Shown here: piece after piece, positions 24,601 to 36,254 of the stretch
Layout: each line of letters opens with the position of its first letter
Numbering within the stretch: position 1 is the stretch's first letter
Assembly: GCA_002104905.1 (NCBI GenBank)
Contig: MCFE01000310.1
Coordinates: forward strand, 1 to 64,000
DNA: 64,000 bases
Reading direction: 5' to 3'
Source of the DNA: Basidiobolus meristosporus CBS 931.73
Taxonomy: Eukaryota > Fungi > Basidiobolomycota
Translations under genes and position numbers: made by a program
The notes under the pieces: model-generated
Databases searched by the model: none
Seen by the model: only the letters and a program-made list of their open reading frames with translations
Told to the model about the DNA's origin: nothing

Positions 24601-27600
24601 ATGGACGCGAAGATTAGTTCCTTCCGAAGTAAGATAAAACATCAATACTATATGCATTGAATCTGTCTTAGCTGACATTCCTTTTTTCAAAGTGGTTGAA
24701 GTTTACTAGATTGTACTTAGATCAAAACATTCAGGATGAGAATGTAGACAATGCCAAAGAATTGTGCGGTAATATGTATCGGACTACATCTTTTTAATGT
24801 CATTTGCTAACATTTAGGCTTTTGATAGATCTGCTTCTAAAATCTCTTCGCTCCTCTCCGACACCCAGTCCTATCTTATTGGAGTATCTCGAGGAAGCTC
24901 TTGCTTCTGAATCCTTGATATCTGGAGTTGTATTTTTAACCGTGCTCTCGGAAGAATACTCTAAATCTCTTTGTTTCGAGCCCACACAACTACGCGCGTT
25001 ACTTCCATTGATTGAGACCACCCTGGCTGAGCTGAATTTTAGACTGCTCTCCCTAGACGTTGATAGCAATGTATGGAAAGCACTTAGCAGCACTAGTGTT
25101 ATGCTTTGTCGCATCATACAGAACGTCGCCAGCTACACCTCCCATCTATCTGATCACAAACCCGGAGACGATAGTATAGTTGTCATGGACATAGACAAAC
25201 CCGACTTGGACATAGAAATGCCACAATTAGACGTAGCTGGAATTGAAGGTGGGATGGATTTGGAGCTTGCTTACACAACGCCTAGCGAGTCTATAGTGCC
25301 ACAAGAAGCAAGAGCACCTAAAGACATTGGCACCGCCACTCACATTGACGAGTCTCCCTGGCCAATTCAGGCGATCACCACCGACCTACCCACCGATTCT
25401 ATAGAAAGTCTAACATATGAAAATGCCGAGAAAGCAGCTTCATTGCTGAGCAACATTTTTGGAGACGAGAAGCTTCGCCCTATATTGTTGAAATATGTTG
25501 TGAAAGATATAGGTACATATCCATATTTGTTGTGCCAAGGAATTATCGAGACTGATACACTGTCATGCAGCAATGTGGGAAACACTTCGTTCTGCCATCC
25601 TGGAGACTCGTATCTCCCTCGGTGCACTGGGCGAAAGAATTACCAGGAGTCGACCTATGATGTCTCTAGCGTCATGCATACACCTTGTCTTGGATGACGG
25701 GGGTAACAAAGGCAGCAACACGTATTTGCAATACAACAACTTTCGCAATGAGAGTGATGGAAAATGCATCCCCTCATCGTCCTTATATTTCCTGGTATAT
25801 CATTTGGTGAGTAACATATCCCTGTAATCAAGTATACATCTCCCTTGACTTACTCTATGCTGATGCTGTTAGATGTATCGACGCCCTGTTTTGCCGGATA
25901 ATCTAGTCCTCTCAAGATTGCAGAAACTGCAAAGGCTCATGGTAACTATGGCCAATGTGCGCAAATGGGTAGATATTCCATACTGAATGATGTTTCATCT
26001 AATGGTAAAGGGCGACGATCAACTCTTCTATTTGGAGCTGTGGATGGCAGCACTTACGGGAATGGCCGAGTCGTGTCGGAACAAGGCGGCTGTCCGGCTA
26101 CAGCTTCTTTGGAAGAGCTTTATTCTGGTCAAGGTATTCATTCTTTAGTCCATGTCCGATTTCTGCCAACTCACATGTTATCAGCTTCCTGTGCTTATAT
26201 CCAAACTAGAGAGCTCAAGAGTCGAGAAAAGCGATGCTATCGACACACCAGCATCATCACAGGTTTGCCAAAATTCGTCTACCTCCTATTGCAGAGCAAG
26301 CAATAATTTGGTGATCTTTAGTCGATTGCGTTGGAGCATGCGCTGCGACACCTATCAGGCATGAAGGGGCTACTCAATTGTTGTCGCACATCCATTTCTG
26401 AAGAGTCAGATGCCAGCGAGCCGTAAGAGAACAAATTGCTAGAACACCCAATTTCACTTGAAATTTAAAAATCAAACCAGGCCAATACTAGGGGAGATAT
26501 TCAAGGTTTGCATCGAGAAAAATCTGATTGGGTCCGACCCAGTCTTTGGTGGTGTTGTAAGCCATCCGAAGCCATCCAGCGGAGCCTCTAGTGAAGTACT
26601 GATTCCTTTTTCGTGGAGTGTTCGGCAAGTGAGCTCTAATGTCGACCATTTGCATTTAGACCGTCGAAGCCTCTACTCAAATAATCCTCAACGATCCATC
26701 TAATGAGAATATCGAGCGTCTTGTTCTTACCACTCTGGCCCATTTCGAAAACCAAGACATCCATATCGACGTCATTAAAAAGGTAATGGCCTACTAGCAC
26801 TCGCACATAATACTCCTTTATGCATACTCATAATCCAATAGTTGATTGTTACATGGACAGAGAATAGCCAACTCAAGCCACTTGGATTCTTGTGTCAAAA
26901 TCTTATTGAAAACCCGCAGCTCCTGGACACGATAGTCTTGATGCAACATCCCAAGGACATACTAGCTGGGTTCGAAAAGTTCTGTAACAAATGGGGGTCC
27001 GATTCTTCCGAGCCGCGATCATCAGGAGATTACGAATCCTTTGGATACGCATTCATTCTTTTTGTGACAATCATTGAACGGTACAAGGTAACGTGGGTTT
27101 AGCCTGCCGTTCAATCATATCATTTGCTAATCCACCTTTGCAGTTACAATCTGAGCTCGAAAGTATACTCCAATTCCCTACTGGGTTTTCGCGCTCGTGG
27201 TTTCTGAAATCCTCCACTTCCTTGTTTTCGAATTCTTCGTCGACGGAAAATGGGCGCATTGGAGAGTGGATCGATGCTCTCTTTGTTAAAAAGGAACTCA
27301 AAGACGATTTCATCTGGTACGTTCGATTCAAAGGGATCTTAAGGGAGTATTGTTCGTAATCCATCATTCCAGTCAATATTCTCCACAAGATATCCTCAGT
27401 TTGATGCCGCTGATCTTTGAGGCCTCTCTTGATGCATGTGACGCGCAGATATTAAATTTCGATGCACTAGTCGAATCATTCGAGCTTCTGCTTCAACCAG
27501 CCACTTCATTCTCGGCAATCGGGGTAGTTCTCTATCTATGTGAGGAACTGACGCGCTCTAGGTAAATACAAATGCGTTTCCATTTGGGTGTTCGATTTGC

Positions 27601-28638
27601 TTTAATTTTTCAAATGGCCGTTCTACAGACAAAATCCGCTACTAGTGCCTGACATTTTGAAGGCTCTACTTCTGAATGATAAATTCCCGTCTCACGTGCT
27701 TCGGGCCATTTCTGAGCGAGTAACCGCTGCCATCGGGACAAGTATTGAAATTGAAACTCAACTATGGAAAGTCAAAGAAAAGATAATGCTTACAGTCGGG
27801 GATATTGGTAAGGGTTTGACTAGTTACGCTGGATTCAACGGGATATTCTAACTCTTGAATTTTCAGCCATCGCGGAGACTTTGCACAATCCTGGTTCTAC
27901 TTTCAAAAGATTCCGACAAGCGTTTGAGGCGATTGTCCAAACCGGAAGATGCAAGTTCGTCAAGTCCAATTCGTGGGATTTATCCAGAATCCACCATCTT
28001 GACATCGATCTATTCCGGGATGCTCTTGAGTTTGGTGGCCCGAGACTCTTTGTTCGAACCATTGTGCAGGTACGTTCATTCATGATCTTGCCAGTCGCAA
28101 ACATGCCATGTGTTAAGCTATTTACGTATAGGAAATGGTCCAAGCAAGCAACACCAAAGGGGCTCTACGTTCAGGCAAGTCACAGCGATAGTAATGATAG
28201 TTGTGTATCCAGACATACTAATAGTGTACTGTGTATACAGCTGAGTTAGGGGCATCCTTAATCACCACCCTACTGGTAAATAGTAACAAATATTTGTTAC
28301 AACCAGCAAATCTCTTTACTCTTTTGTTGCTGGATATCACACCCAATGTGGTACTCACAGATTTGAAGATGTATAACCAAGGCTATATGTTTGGTTGGTT
28401 TATTATGCTCACGATAGTTCTCATGGAGGAGGAAGTGGTGATTCCCGAAATGCATCAGAACGTCGTGGAGATATTCATCGTGCGCATGCTGAAGTTCGTT
28501 AAACAGTACGGAATGGCAGATTTGAATACCTTCCAAAAGTCACTTTCCTCCCACCCTCTCTCTGGGTTCTTTGATGGAATGTTGTCGAATCGTGAGGTTT
28601 TTGTTAGATATCCTCGCACAAAATCACACTTCACGTGA
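24601..28638 (+). CDS. MED5: Mediator of RNA polymerase II transcription subunit 5 (Med5/Nut1), many introns; ends approximate
   Basis: Exons encode PILLEYL, SGDYESFGYAFILFVTIIERY, RIGEWIDALF...DD and LLQPATSFSAIGVVLYLCEEL, resembling conserved fungal Med5 blocks. Length is appropriate. Confidence 0.7.
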
Positions 28639-29147
28639 TGGAGTATATCATGTGTAAATATGATAAGCCTCACGATTTGTAAATTTTTCATGGCTGTTTC
28701 TCCTTCACACTCGGATGCTCTTTACTTCAAACGGCGTGATAGGCTCGAGAATAAATTATTAAGACGTCCCATATGAAACCACCTCCTGATGAAATTGTCC
28801 GTCATTCTCGTCTACCCGAGAAGTCAGAATAGACTGACTGCCTCGGGAATATTAGGGCCAACCAGATATTAACCCGAGCCTCAATTCCTAGTAGACGGAT
28901 TCCAATCAGTCCTTCTAACATTGTTACAGTTACACACACGAGAAACCTACTTGTATCAAGTCCGGTAGCTTTTCACTTTTAACTCACAGATTCGCCAGAT
29001 CAACCCTCAAAACACCGCGCCACAAACACCTATACGACCTCGACAGCTGGTGCATCTGGGGTTTCCTCCTTTGGTAATCATCTTTATATCTTTGTGGAGC
29101 TTGGAATATCCGGTATCTAGGGAGAGCTGATTCAATACCAGTGGCAT

Positions 29148-30575
29148 ATGAAAGCACTGAAATTGGGAATAGCTTTTATACTGGCGCTTATACAGGCAGC
29201 TTACTCCCAAGACACTGTATTCTCTCATGTAAGTATCAATTCTCAGATCCTGGCGGAAAACAAGGCTCAGAAGGAAGCATACGATCAAGGTCTACAGGAC
29301 GCTTTCTTCACCCTTAAAAAGTTGGCCGATAAGGCCATTCTGAATAACTCCGTCTACACTGTGACCAACAAGAGTGTTCTCGCACCCAGTAACGACCCTC
29401 ACGACTACCTCTCGTTGGCCAGATACTTCTGGCCTAATAGCAACTCGCCAGATGGCCTACCATACATCCGCCGCGATGGATACATCAACCCTGAAATCGA
29501 GTTGGTGGCCGACTACAAGTTGTTCCGTACTCTGGTAATTTCCCCTTGATCAGTTGTGTTCTAGTATCGAGAACTAACGGGGCTTGCTGTAGGTACGAGA
29601 GGTCCAGGTCCTGGGCTTAAGCTATTACTTCTTTGAAAACGACACATACGCTGTCAAGGCGATTAGCCGTCTAAGAACATGGTTCCTGGATAATTCCACT
29701 CGGATGAATCCTCATCTACAGTTCGGCTCATTCATCAAGGGACAAACGGAAGGACGTCGTACGGGAATCATCGATCTTAGCCCAATACACGAAATATTTG
29801 ATGTAATACCATACTTGCAAAGCTCTCGTTTCTGGTTGTCGTCAGATTCTGAAGGATTTAAAAACTGGCTACTGGCGTATCTGAATTGGTTGGATAGCAG
29901 TGAGCACGGGTTGCTGGAAAGAACCTCGCAAAATAATCACGGTATGCCAGTCACACTTTCCGATGAATTCGAGTCACTGGCCCTAAACATAGTCCTCTAG
30001 CTACCTATTTTGACTGCCAGTACATTTCGATCGCGATCTTTCTTAATCGCAAGGATCTGGCCATCAGGGTGGCCCAAAATGCTACCTTGGCGCGTATCTC
30101 CTCCCAGATAGCTTTGGACGGATCGCAGCCACATGAAACTGCACGTGTGGCCTCATGGTTCTACTCGGTCTTCAACCTCAACGGGTTAATGCTGCTGGCC
30201 ACTCTGGCATCTAGAGTGGGGGTGGACCTGTGGCATTTTGAAACGTCCGACGGTCGCAGCATCCGCAAAGCAATAGACTACCTCCTGCCCTATGCCCGGG
30301 ATCCGCAGAAATGGCCGTTCGCTAATGTAGGCGGATTTAATTCCACAGTCCTGTACGCCAAGAGCCTACAGACTGCCTACCTAGTCTATCAAAACCCTGA
30401 ATATCTTAAGGCCTCCAATGACCTACTTGCTGGCTATCACACCAACCACAATTTCACGCGGCTCTTTCAACCCTACAAAATGTTTCACCAGGCAGAGAGT
30501 TCAGCCAGCACACTCAATCAGGTCGTACTGACGGTGTCTTGGATTACTACTTTTATCTGCCTTCACCACCTCTGA
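29148..30575 (+). CDS. Secreted, probably GPI-anchored alginate-lyase-domain protein (PF05426-type, PL38-like polysaccharide lyase), 2 introns
   Basis: Signal peptide MKALKLGIAFILALIQAAYS; PSNDPHDYLSLARYFWP, PYIRRDG..NPE, MNPHLQFG, GIID, NNHATY, DGSQPHETAR...YSVFNL; hydrophobic C-terminal tail after AESSAS. Confidence 0.85.
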
Positions 30576-30882
30576 GGCTCGTTTTCTGAAGCTCATTCCC
30601 ATATCATATACTGTCTCCCCTGTACTATACTATGTTTATGCTCGATAAAGTAGCCCCTGATTGCAAGATATATGCATCAAATTCACGAGGTCTAGATGAA
30701 ACGCATACACCTACCTTTGGAGCTGGAAATACCGCTCTGTTGAGGCTGGGTGTACTTGATCAACAGGTAGGTGTAGCGGATCGCACATGCGCGCTCTTGT
30801 AGATCCATTCACGGAGGTTTAAATACGCCGCCCGTCACATCCGATGCAGATCGATTTTTCTCTACTGGATGTTCATAGAGTA

Positions 30883-32822
30883 ATGCCATCCATTTCTCAC
30901 ATCCTCTTTGCCACTCTTTTGGTTTTCTCTCAATTTTGGAATAGAATCGAGGCTAGTGACTGCCAATACTTGCGTGAGTCCTTTTATCCAAGCCTGCTTG
31001 GCCCCTCGGACTGGTACAACAAACGGGGCTGGTCGGACTCATCAAACCTGGATTGTTGTAATTGGTTTGGTGTTGTTTGTAAGCATGATCGTGTGGAACA
31101 AATGTAAGTGCAGCGGTGGCAATGGTTTCGAGGGCAATGGTTTCGAGGCATCCAGCTAAATCTGGTTTAGAATGTTCGTCGACAACAACCTTGGTGGCAC
31201 TTTACCCAAGGATATAGGGCAGCTGAAATCTCTAAAAGTGCTGTTGGTATGATTCTTGATCATCAACAAATCCTCCATTCTTACACAAATCACCATCACA
31301 GCTCCCTGATCAACACTCGAATATCTGGTACTATTCCAGCCTCAGTCGGGTCCTTGCATCGATTAAGAGTATTGTAAGTCTGGAAAGTTCCCTTCGACTG
31401 GTGTTTCTCTAATCCATTTCTTCCAACTCCAGCTCTATCTTTCGTTCTCGATTCGTTGGCTCGGTGCCTAAGGAGTTGTTCCAGTTACCCCTTCGATACG
31501 TGTAAGCCCAAAATTCCCGCGCCTAGTCTTGATTAACTTCTCACATTGTCCCCAGCAACTTGAATGAGAACAAGCTCGAGGGAAGCATTCCGTCCACCAT
31601 CAGCAACCTCCGAATCTCATCATACATGTAGTCCATCTTTCTTATCAATTTCAACTGGCTATATGCTAACGGGCTTGAATATTTCAGTGGCCTGCGTGGT
31701 AACAATTTTACTGGGCCCATCCCTAACATCCAGTTGGTCAATGAAACTGCGCATTGCGATCTGGGAGGGACCAACAAGTGGTCATGTAAGGCACCAAAGG
31801 TGCCGACAACCTGCACTGGCATAGGGGACTTGAAAACATGCGACTGTACGTGCTCCGTCATCAGTAACTGTCAATCATGCCTGTCATCTCATTTCCATTA
31901 CTAGTGATGGCGACTCCTTCCGACCAGTCCCCCACGGCTTCTGGCTCAGCCACCGCAGCCTCTGATAGCTCGAATAGCCTAAAAAATATAATCATTGGCA
32001 TGTCCTTGCTGGGCGGGGTGATAGTGATAGCCATCATTACCCTGCTGATTACCTGGAGACGGAAAAAACGTAGAGATAGAAGTATGGTTTCTTTCATTGC
32101 CACCAGCGTGGGTATAGCGGTGACTAATCCTAAAGCGTTTGATCGTAGGGGCGATCGCTCAAGGAAAAGAGAGGATGCAGGAAGATCCCTCACCGCAGCA
32201 GCTTGAGACCGCCCAGGAAGCTGACTTACAGAGAGATATGGACTCAGTCATAGGCATCGCCTCCACCTCCAAAGTGGTACCTGAAGCAAGCGCTCCTCAG
32301 CCAATATTGGATCCCGCCTTCAACGAGCCTAAACACAAGGGCCTCCTGGGATTTTTCATGCCGCTACCATTTATGAATGCACGAAATAGGTCGAAGTCAA
32401 ACGAGGAGTCAATGTCGGAGATCCCACCTAGGCCTTCTCCGAACCCTCAACGAAGATCGATAATCAACCCTAGCTTCTGGAAACAACGGAAGTCGTCTTC
32501 CTCAGCAAGTAGAAATCTGAAGAACAAGCCTCCTCCTATCAAGATCGTACCATTGGAAGATCTGCAAGGAGTGAATTCCGCACCCACATCTCCTCGGACC
32601 CCTCATACTAAAGCCAGTAGAGGCTCCTTCTCAGCCCCTCCATCCCCTAAATTACAGAACAAGGTGCCGCGCATACCATACGACCCGCCAGTGTCCCCCA
32701 TATTCGAAAAATACTTGGCCGAGGCATCCAAGCCTGTGCCGCCACTTACTTCACTTCACATATCTACTGGGCAAGTACAATACCCGAAAGACAAAAAGTG
32801 GAGTCAGTTCAAATTAAAATAA
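30883..32822 (+). CDS. Plant-type LRR receptor-like single-pass membrane protein without kinase domain, 8 exons
   Basis: Exons 30883-31103, 31171-31242, 31302-31373, 31433-31501, 31556-31627, 31688-31845, 31905-32081 and 32149-32822 splice in frame. Order: signal peptide, W..SSNLDCCNWFGVVC cap, about 5 LRRs, Cys-rich linker, Ser/Thr stalk, TM IIIGMSLLGGVIVIAIITLLITW + RRKKRR, Pro/Ser-rich tail. Confidence 0.85.
31118..31147 (+). repeat. 15-bp tandem duplication GGCAATGGTTTCGAG x2 inside intron 1 of the LRR gene
   Basis: Read directly. Confidence 0.8.
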
Positions 32823-32942
32823 CCATTGCATGTCCACAGTTAACCAAGTTAACCGTAGATTAAAATGACCCATTCACATTTATTGCGCATTTCTCATTCA
32901 ATACTCCATGTCTGTCGGGCTCCAACGGATTCTATAAAGATG

Positions 32943-34135
32943 TTAGTTACCACGAACCAACGTGACCATCACCGTGATGTCGTCGATTTTCCTATAGATG
33001 GCTGTTAGATACTGCATATGAGAAGGTGGCCATCTCGACATACCCGCCAATGGTGTTTTGGGCGCCGGCCGCACGTGCTCCCCTGGCCCATGGAGAAACC
33101 CGTCTATTGTCCATTGCCAACCGTCGCGCAACGAAAGTCAACGTTTCGGCCAACTTCTGCACCCCATTTGAGATCTCTTCGTCTTTGGAGTTCTCTCTGA
33201 ACTCTTTCAGCTCGCTTTTGAACATCTTCATTACAGAAACGGTGTCCTTATCGTACACATTGTCAAAGTATCCATCGGTGCCCAAAATCACCACGTCATT
33301 ATCTTCTAGTTGATGCGAGCCACGAAACGCCTTAGATGGTTCATCCAAGCAGTAGCTGTCGCGATTTGGATGCTCTTTAGGAAGCACCGTAAGCTGGTAA
33401 GGGCAATTGAAATAATGCTGTTGTTCTTTTGAACGGTACAGCACTTGGTCATCACGAATAATTAAATAAGAGGAGTCTCCGAGGGATGCAGACTCCATAT
33501 TGCCAGTGGTTTTGGAGAGTCCTAAGAGGCAGGCAGTACTACTCCCTAAGATATACAAGCCTCAGCGTCCCGCCACTTATAAGTTTGGGTTGAACAATAT
33601 GTACCAGCATAGACCTTCTCCTCCTGAACCAATTTCTCGTACGCTTGCGATAGTATATCCCCTGGGTGAAGTGAGTTATCCACTGCCGAGTCCGCTATTA
33701 TGCCGCAATTGTTCATGAGGGTCCAAGAAAATATGGCCGGGTCTACACCTGACTTGAGATTGAAAAAATCTGGGTTTTAGACTTTGAGAATGGACAGTAA
33801 AAAGCTAGAAAGCTTCAAGGGATATAACCTCAACCCAACCGCCTACGCCGTCGGCAACCCCTTAAATCATCGACATAAACGAGCCGTTAGTTGGTTTCGC
33901 GTTCAGAAGTTTATCCTACCCAAAACGCCACGGCCATACCTAGAATTGTACGACTCCTCGTGGAAGCTTCAAAGAAGGCGTCTTCTCCTGCATCTACTTT
34001 GCCAGGCAATTCCGGGGTTTTAGTAGGGCTCATGCCGAGTCTGGGCGCCAACGAGGCTTGAGAGTTCTTTATGGCTCTTGGGATTTTGGGCAGCCAGCTA
34101 CTCCCCACGAAGTATCGGAAAGTTGGCGTTTTCAT
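32943..34135 (-). CDS. PTC7: PP2C-like phosphatase of the PTC7 family, multi-exon
   Basis: DAGEDAFF, VADGVGGW, GSSTAC, LGDSSY, EQQHYFNCPYQL, VILGTDGYFDN, GGKIDDITV. Confidence 0.9.
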
Positions 34136-34349
34136 GGAGGTTCGAAGCAACTTGATACCAATTCCCACACCTACTCAACTGAAGATTTACCAAAAGTTTG
34201 AGCGAACCCAGTGATGTCAATGGAGATTGATTTGGATAAATCAACCAAAAAATCCACCCAATTGAGAGTGACTCGATAGTTGTCACTGGCGAGGCTGAGA
34301 TATGCCCCATAGCTCAGTTATGTGAGAGCTATCTGTATCAACTAAAGCT

Positions 34350-34906
34350 ATGACGTTGGTTCCGGTGCCCAAAGCTTCCAGGGGGACAAAGAGGTAGCCG
34401 AGAGCTCTTTGATAGTCAAGAGCATGCTACAGGATCTTGGTATTTCTGATATGCCTTTGCCTTTGCCAAACGTTACAGAGGCTGTTCTTGGTAAGGTTAG
34501 TCACACCTTTTGCACTGCTAGGGTGTGTACAAGTTGCCTTGGAATGTAGCATACGTTCACAGGTTATTGAGTATTGCGAGCATTACCGGAACGGTACCGA
34601 GGCTTTTACCGGAGTTGAGCTGAGGGAGATGGTCGTAAGCGAATGGGATCAAGCTTTCCTCAAGGCAGATTACGGGCTGTTAATGGGGGTTATTGAGGCA
34701 GCTTCGTATCTCAATATCGAGCCTTTGTGGTATGCCCAAGCGAACAACCCTCTTGAAATGAGAAAGCTTACTTGATATTTACTATCTCTAATAGTGGTGT
34801 TGGTTGTAGAACTCTTGCTGACATAATCCATGGTCGAACACCCCAAGAGTTTCGGAAGATCCTCAGGATCGAACTTGAACCCTTGGAGGTGCCTGATGAT
34901 GAATAA
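34350..34906 (+). CDS. SKP1: Divergent SKP1-like protein with an apparent 1-nt deletion near codon 5 (pseudogene or assembly error), 2 introns
   Basis: QSFQGDKEVAESSLIVKSMLQDLG...LPLPNVTEAVLGKVIEYCEH...SEWDQAFL...AASYLNIEPL...GCRTLADIIHGRTPQEFRKIL. The ATG at 34350 (MTLV) is out of frame with the rest by 1 nt. Confidence 0.75.
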
Positions 34907-35161
34907 GCGGCAATTCTTGTGGAATGGAATGCATGACTCCAAATATCCCTTCAGGAAGCTTTTACCTGACCAAAACTCACCATCAATCTCTCGCAAATAT
35001 GCAGCATTACTATATATGCTCACGGTCACTGCCTTCATATTTAGTAGGAGTCAAGTCACATCACAATTCGTTGATCAAGTTTAAAAAATCTGGGTTGTTC
35101 GAATCCGATTCCACTTGCAAATAAACTACCCTAATTCGCCCGAAGATACCCACACCACACA

Positions 35162-36115
35162 ATGTCTTTGTTAGGGTATCGCCCTTCAAAAGAACTCTGC
35201 ACTTACACTAATTGTTATTGCGAGGAGAACATCTATCTTTTGTGTAAGCGTATACTAGAGGAAAGTGGAAGCTTAGAAGATGTATATGTAACCTTTATCT
35301 CAAATAAAGAGCAGAAGGTAAGTTGGCTCAACAAATTGCTTCCCATTTCGCCTCTTTACTGCACGTGCTGAAGTGGGCTGGACTTTCAGATTCCCTTGTG
35401 GTCCCAAGCGGCAGCAGAAGTTGGGTACCCGGTGGTATGGGTGAGTTCAATCGTGCGATACATTTCCGTTGGACAAGGGTGAATAATCATGCTGTCTCTT
35501 TGAAGGATTATCACGTTATACTGGTATGGAAGGGAGCAGCAAGGTACTGATTGGAGTGCGCCCAGTTTTTCGACCACAGGTTTTGATCGCTTTTCTTTAG
35601 CCTGGTGTACGATTTTGATTCCATCCTGCCCTTCCCTTGCCCCTTCAAAGAATATTGTGAGAACACTATACCATCGGCGATTCCGTTACCCGACATCTTT
35701 CACCGGTTAGTTCACCTACTCTACGCTTACTAAGAGCAACCAACTAATCCCTAGTCATAGGAACTACCGTGTCATTTCGGCCGCTGCTTATCTCGCCACG
35801 TTCGCCTCCGATCGTAGCCATATGGTATATCGAATAGTTTGCATTTACTTGGTTGGTAGAACAAAGTGTTTATCGATTGGAGTTTAGAGAACTGAATCTG
35901 GATGGATCAAGCAGCCTCCGACATACGAACCAATCTTCACACAAGGTAACGAGCTGGCAGAGCTCTCTGATTCCAAGATGTTGAACTCATAACTTCGCTA
36001 TATATCAGAGAGTCGGATGAATCTTCCTGTCTTCATTGACATGATCAACAACCTGCAATCCAATGCGTATGGGAAGGTGCTGAAGGAGGAGGAGTTTCTG
36101 GAGTACTTCGGTTAA
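35162..36115 (+). CDS. NTAQ1: Protein N-terminal glutamine amidohydrolase (WDYHV1/NTAQ1), multi-exon
   Basis: YTNCYCEENIY (catalytic Cys), spliced VVW|DYHVIL, VYDFDS, FASDRSHM, PPTY. Confidence 0.9.
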
Positions 36116-36254
36116 ATTTGAGCATCACAAGCGCGGTCTATAATTTATTCCCGACTCCAGAATAAACAACTCCTCAATGTCAAAATACATTATATATATA
36201 TATATAATATGTCAAATAATTTGTACAATTCTAAGCCAAGTTGAATGGTTCGCG

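Noticed and set aside
36190-36206. (TA)n run, and (CAA)n run near 19060
   Set aside because: Ordinary short microsatellites in AT-rich terminator regions.
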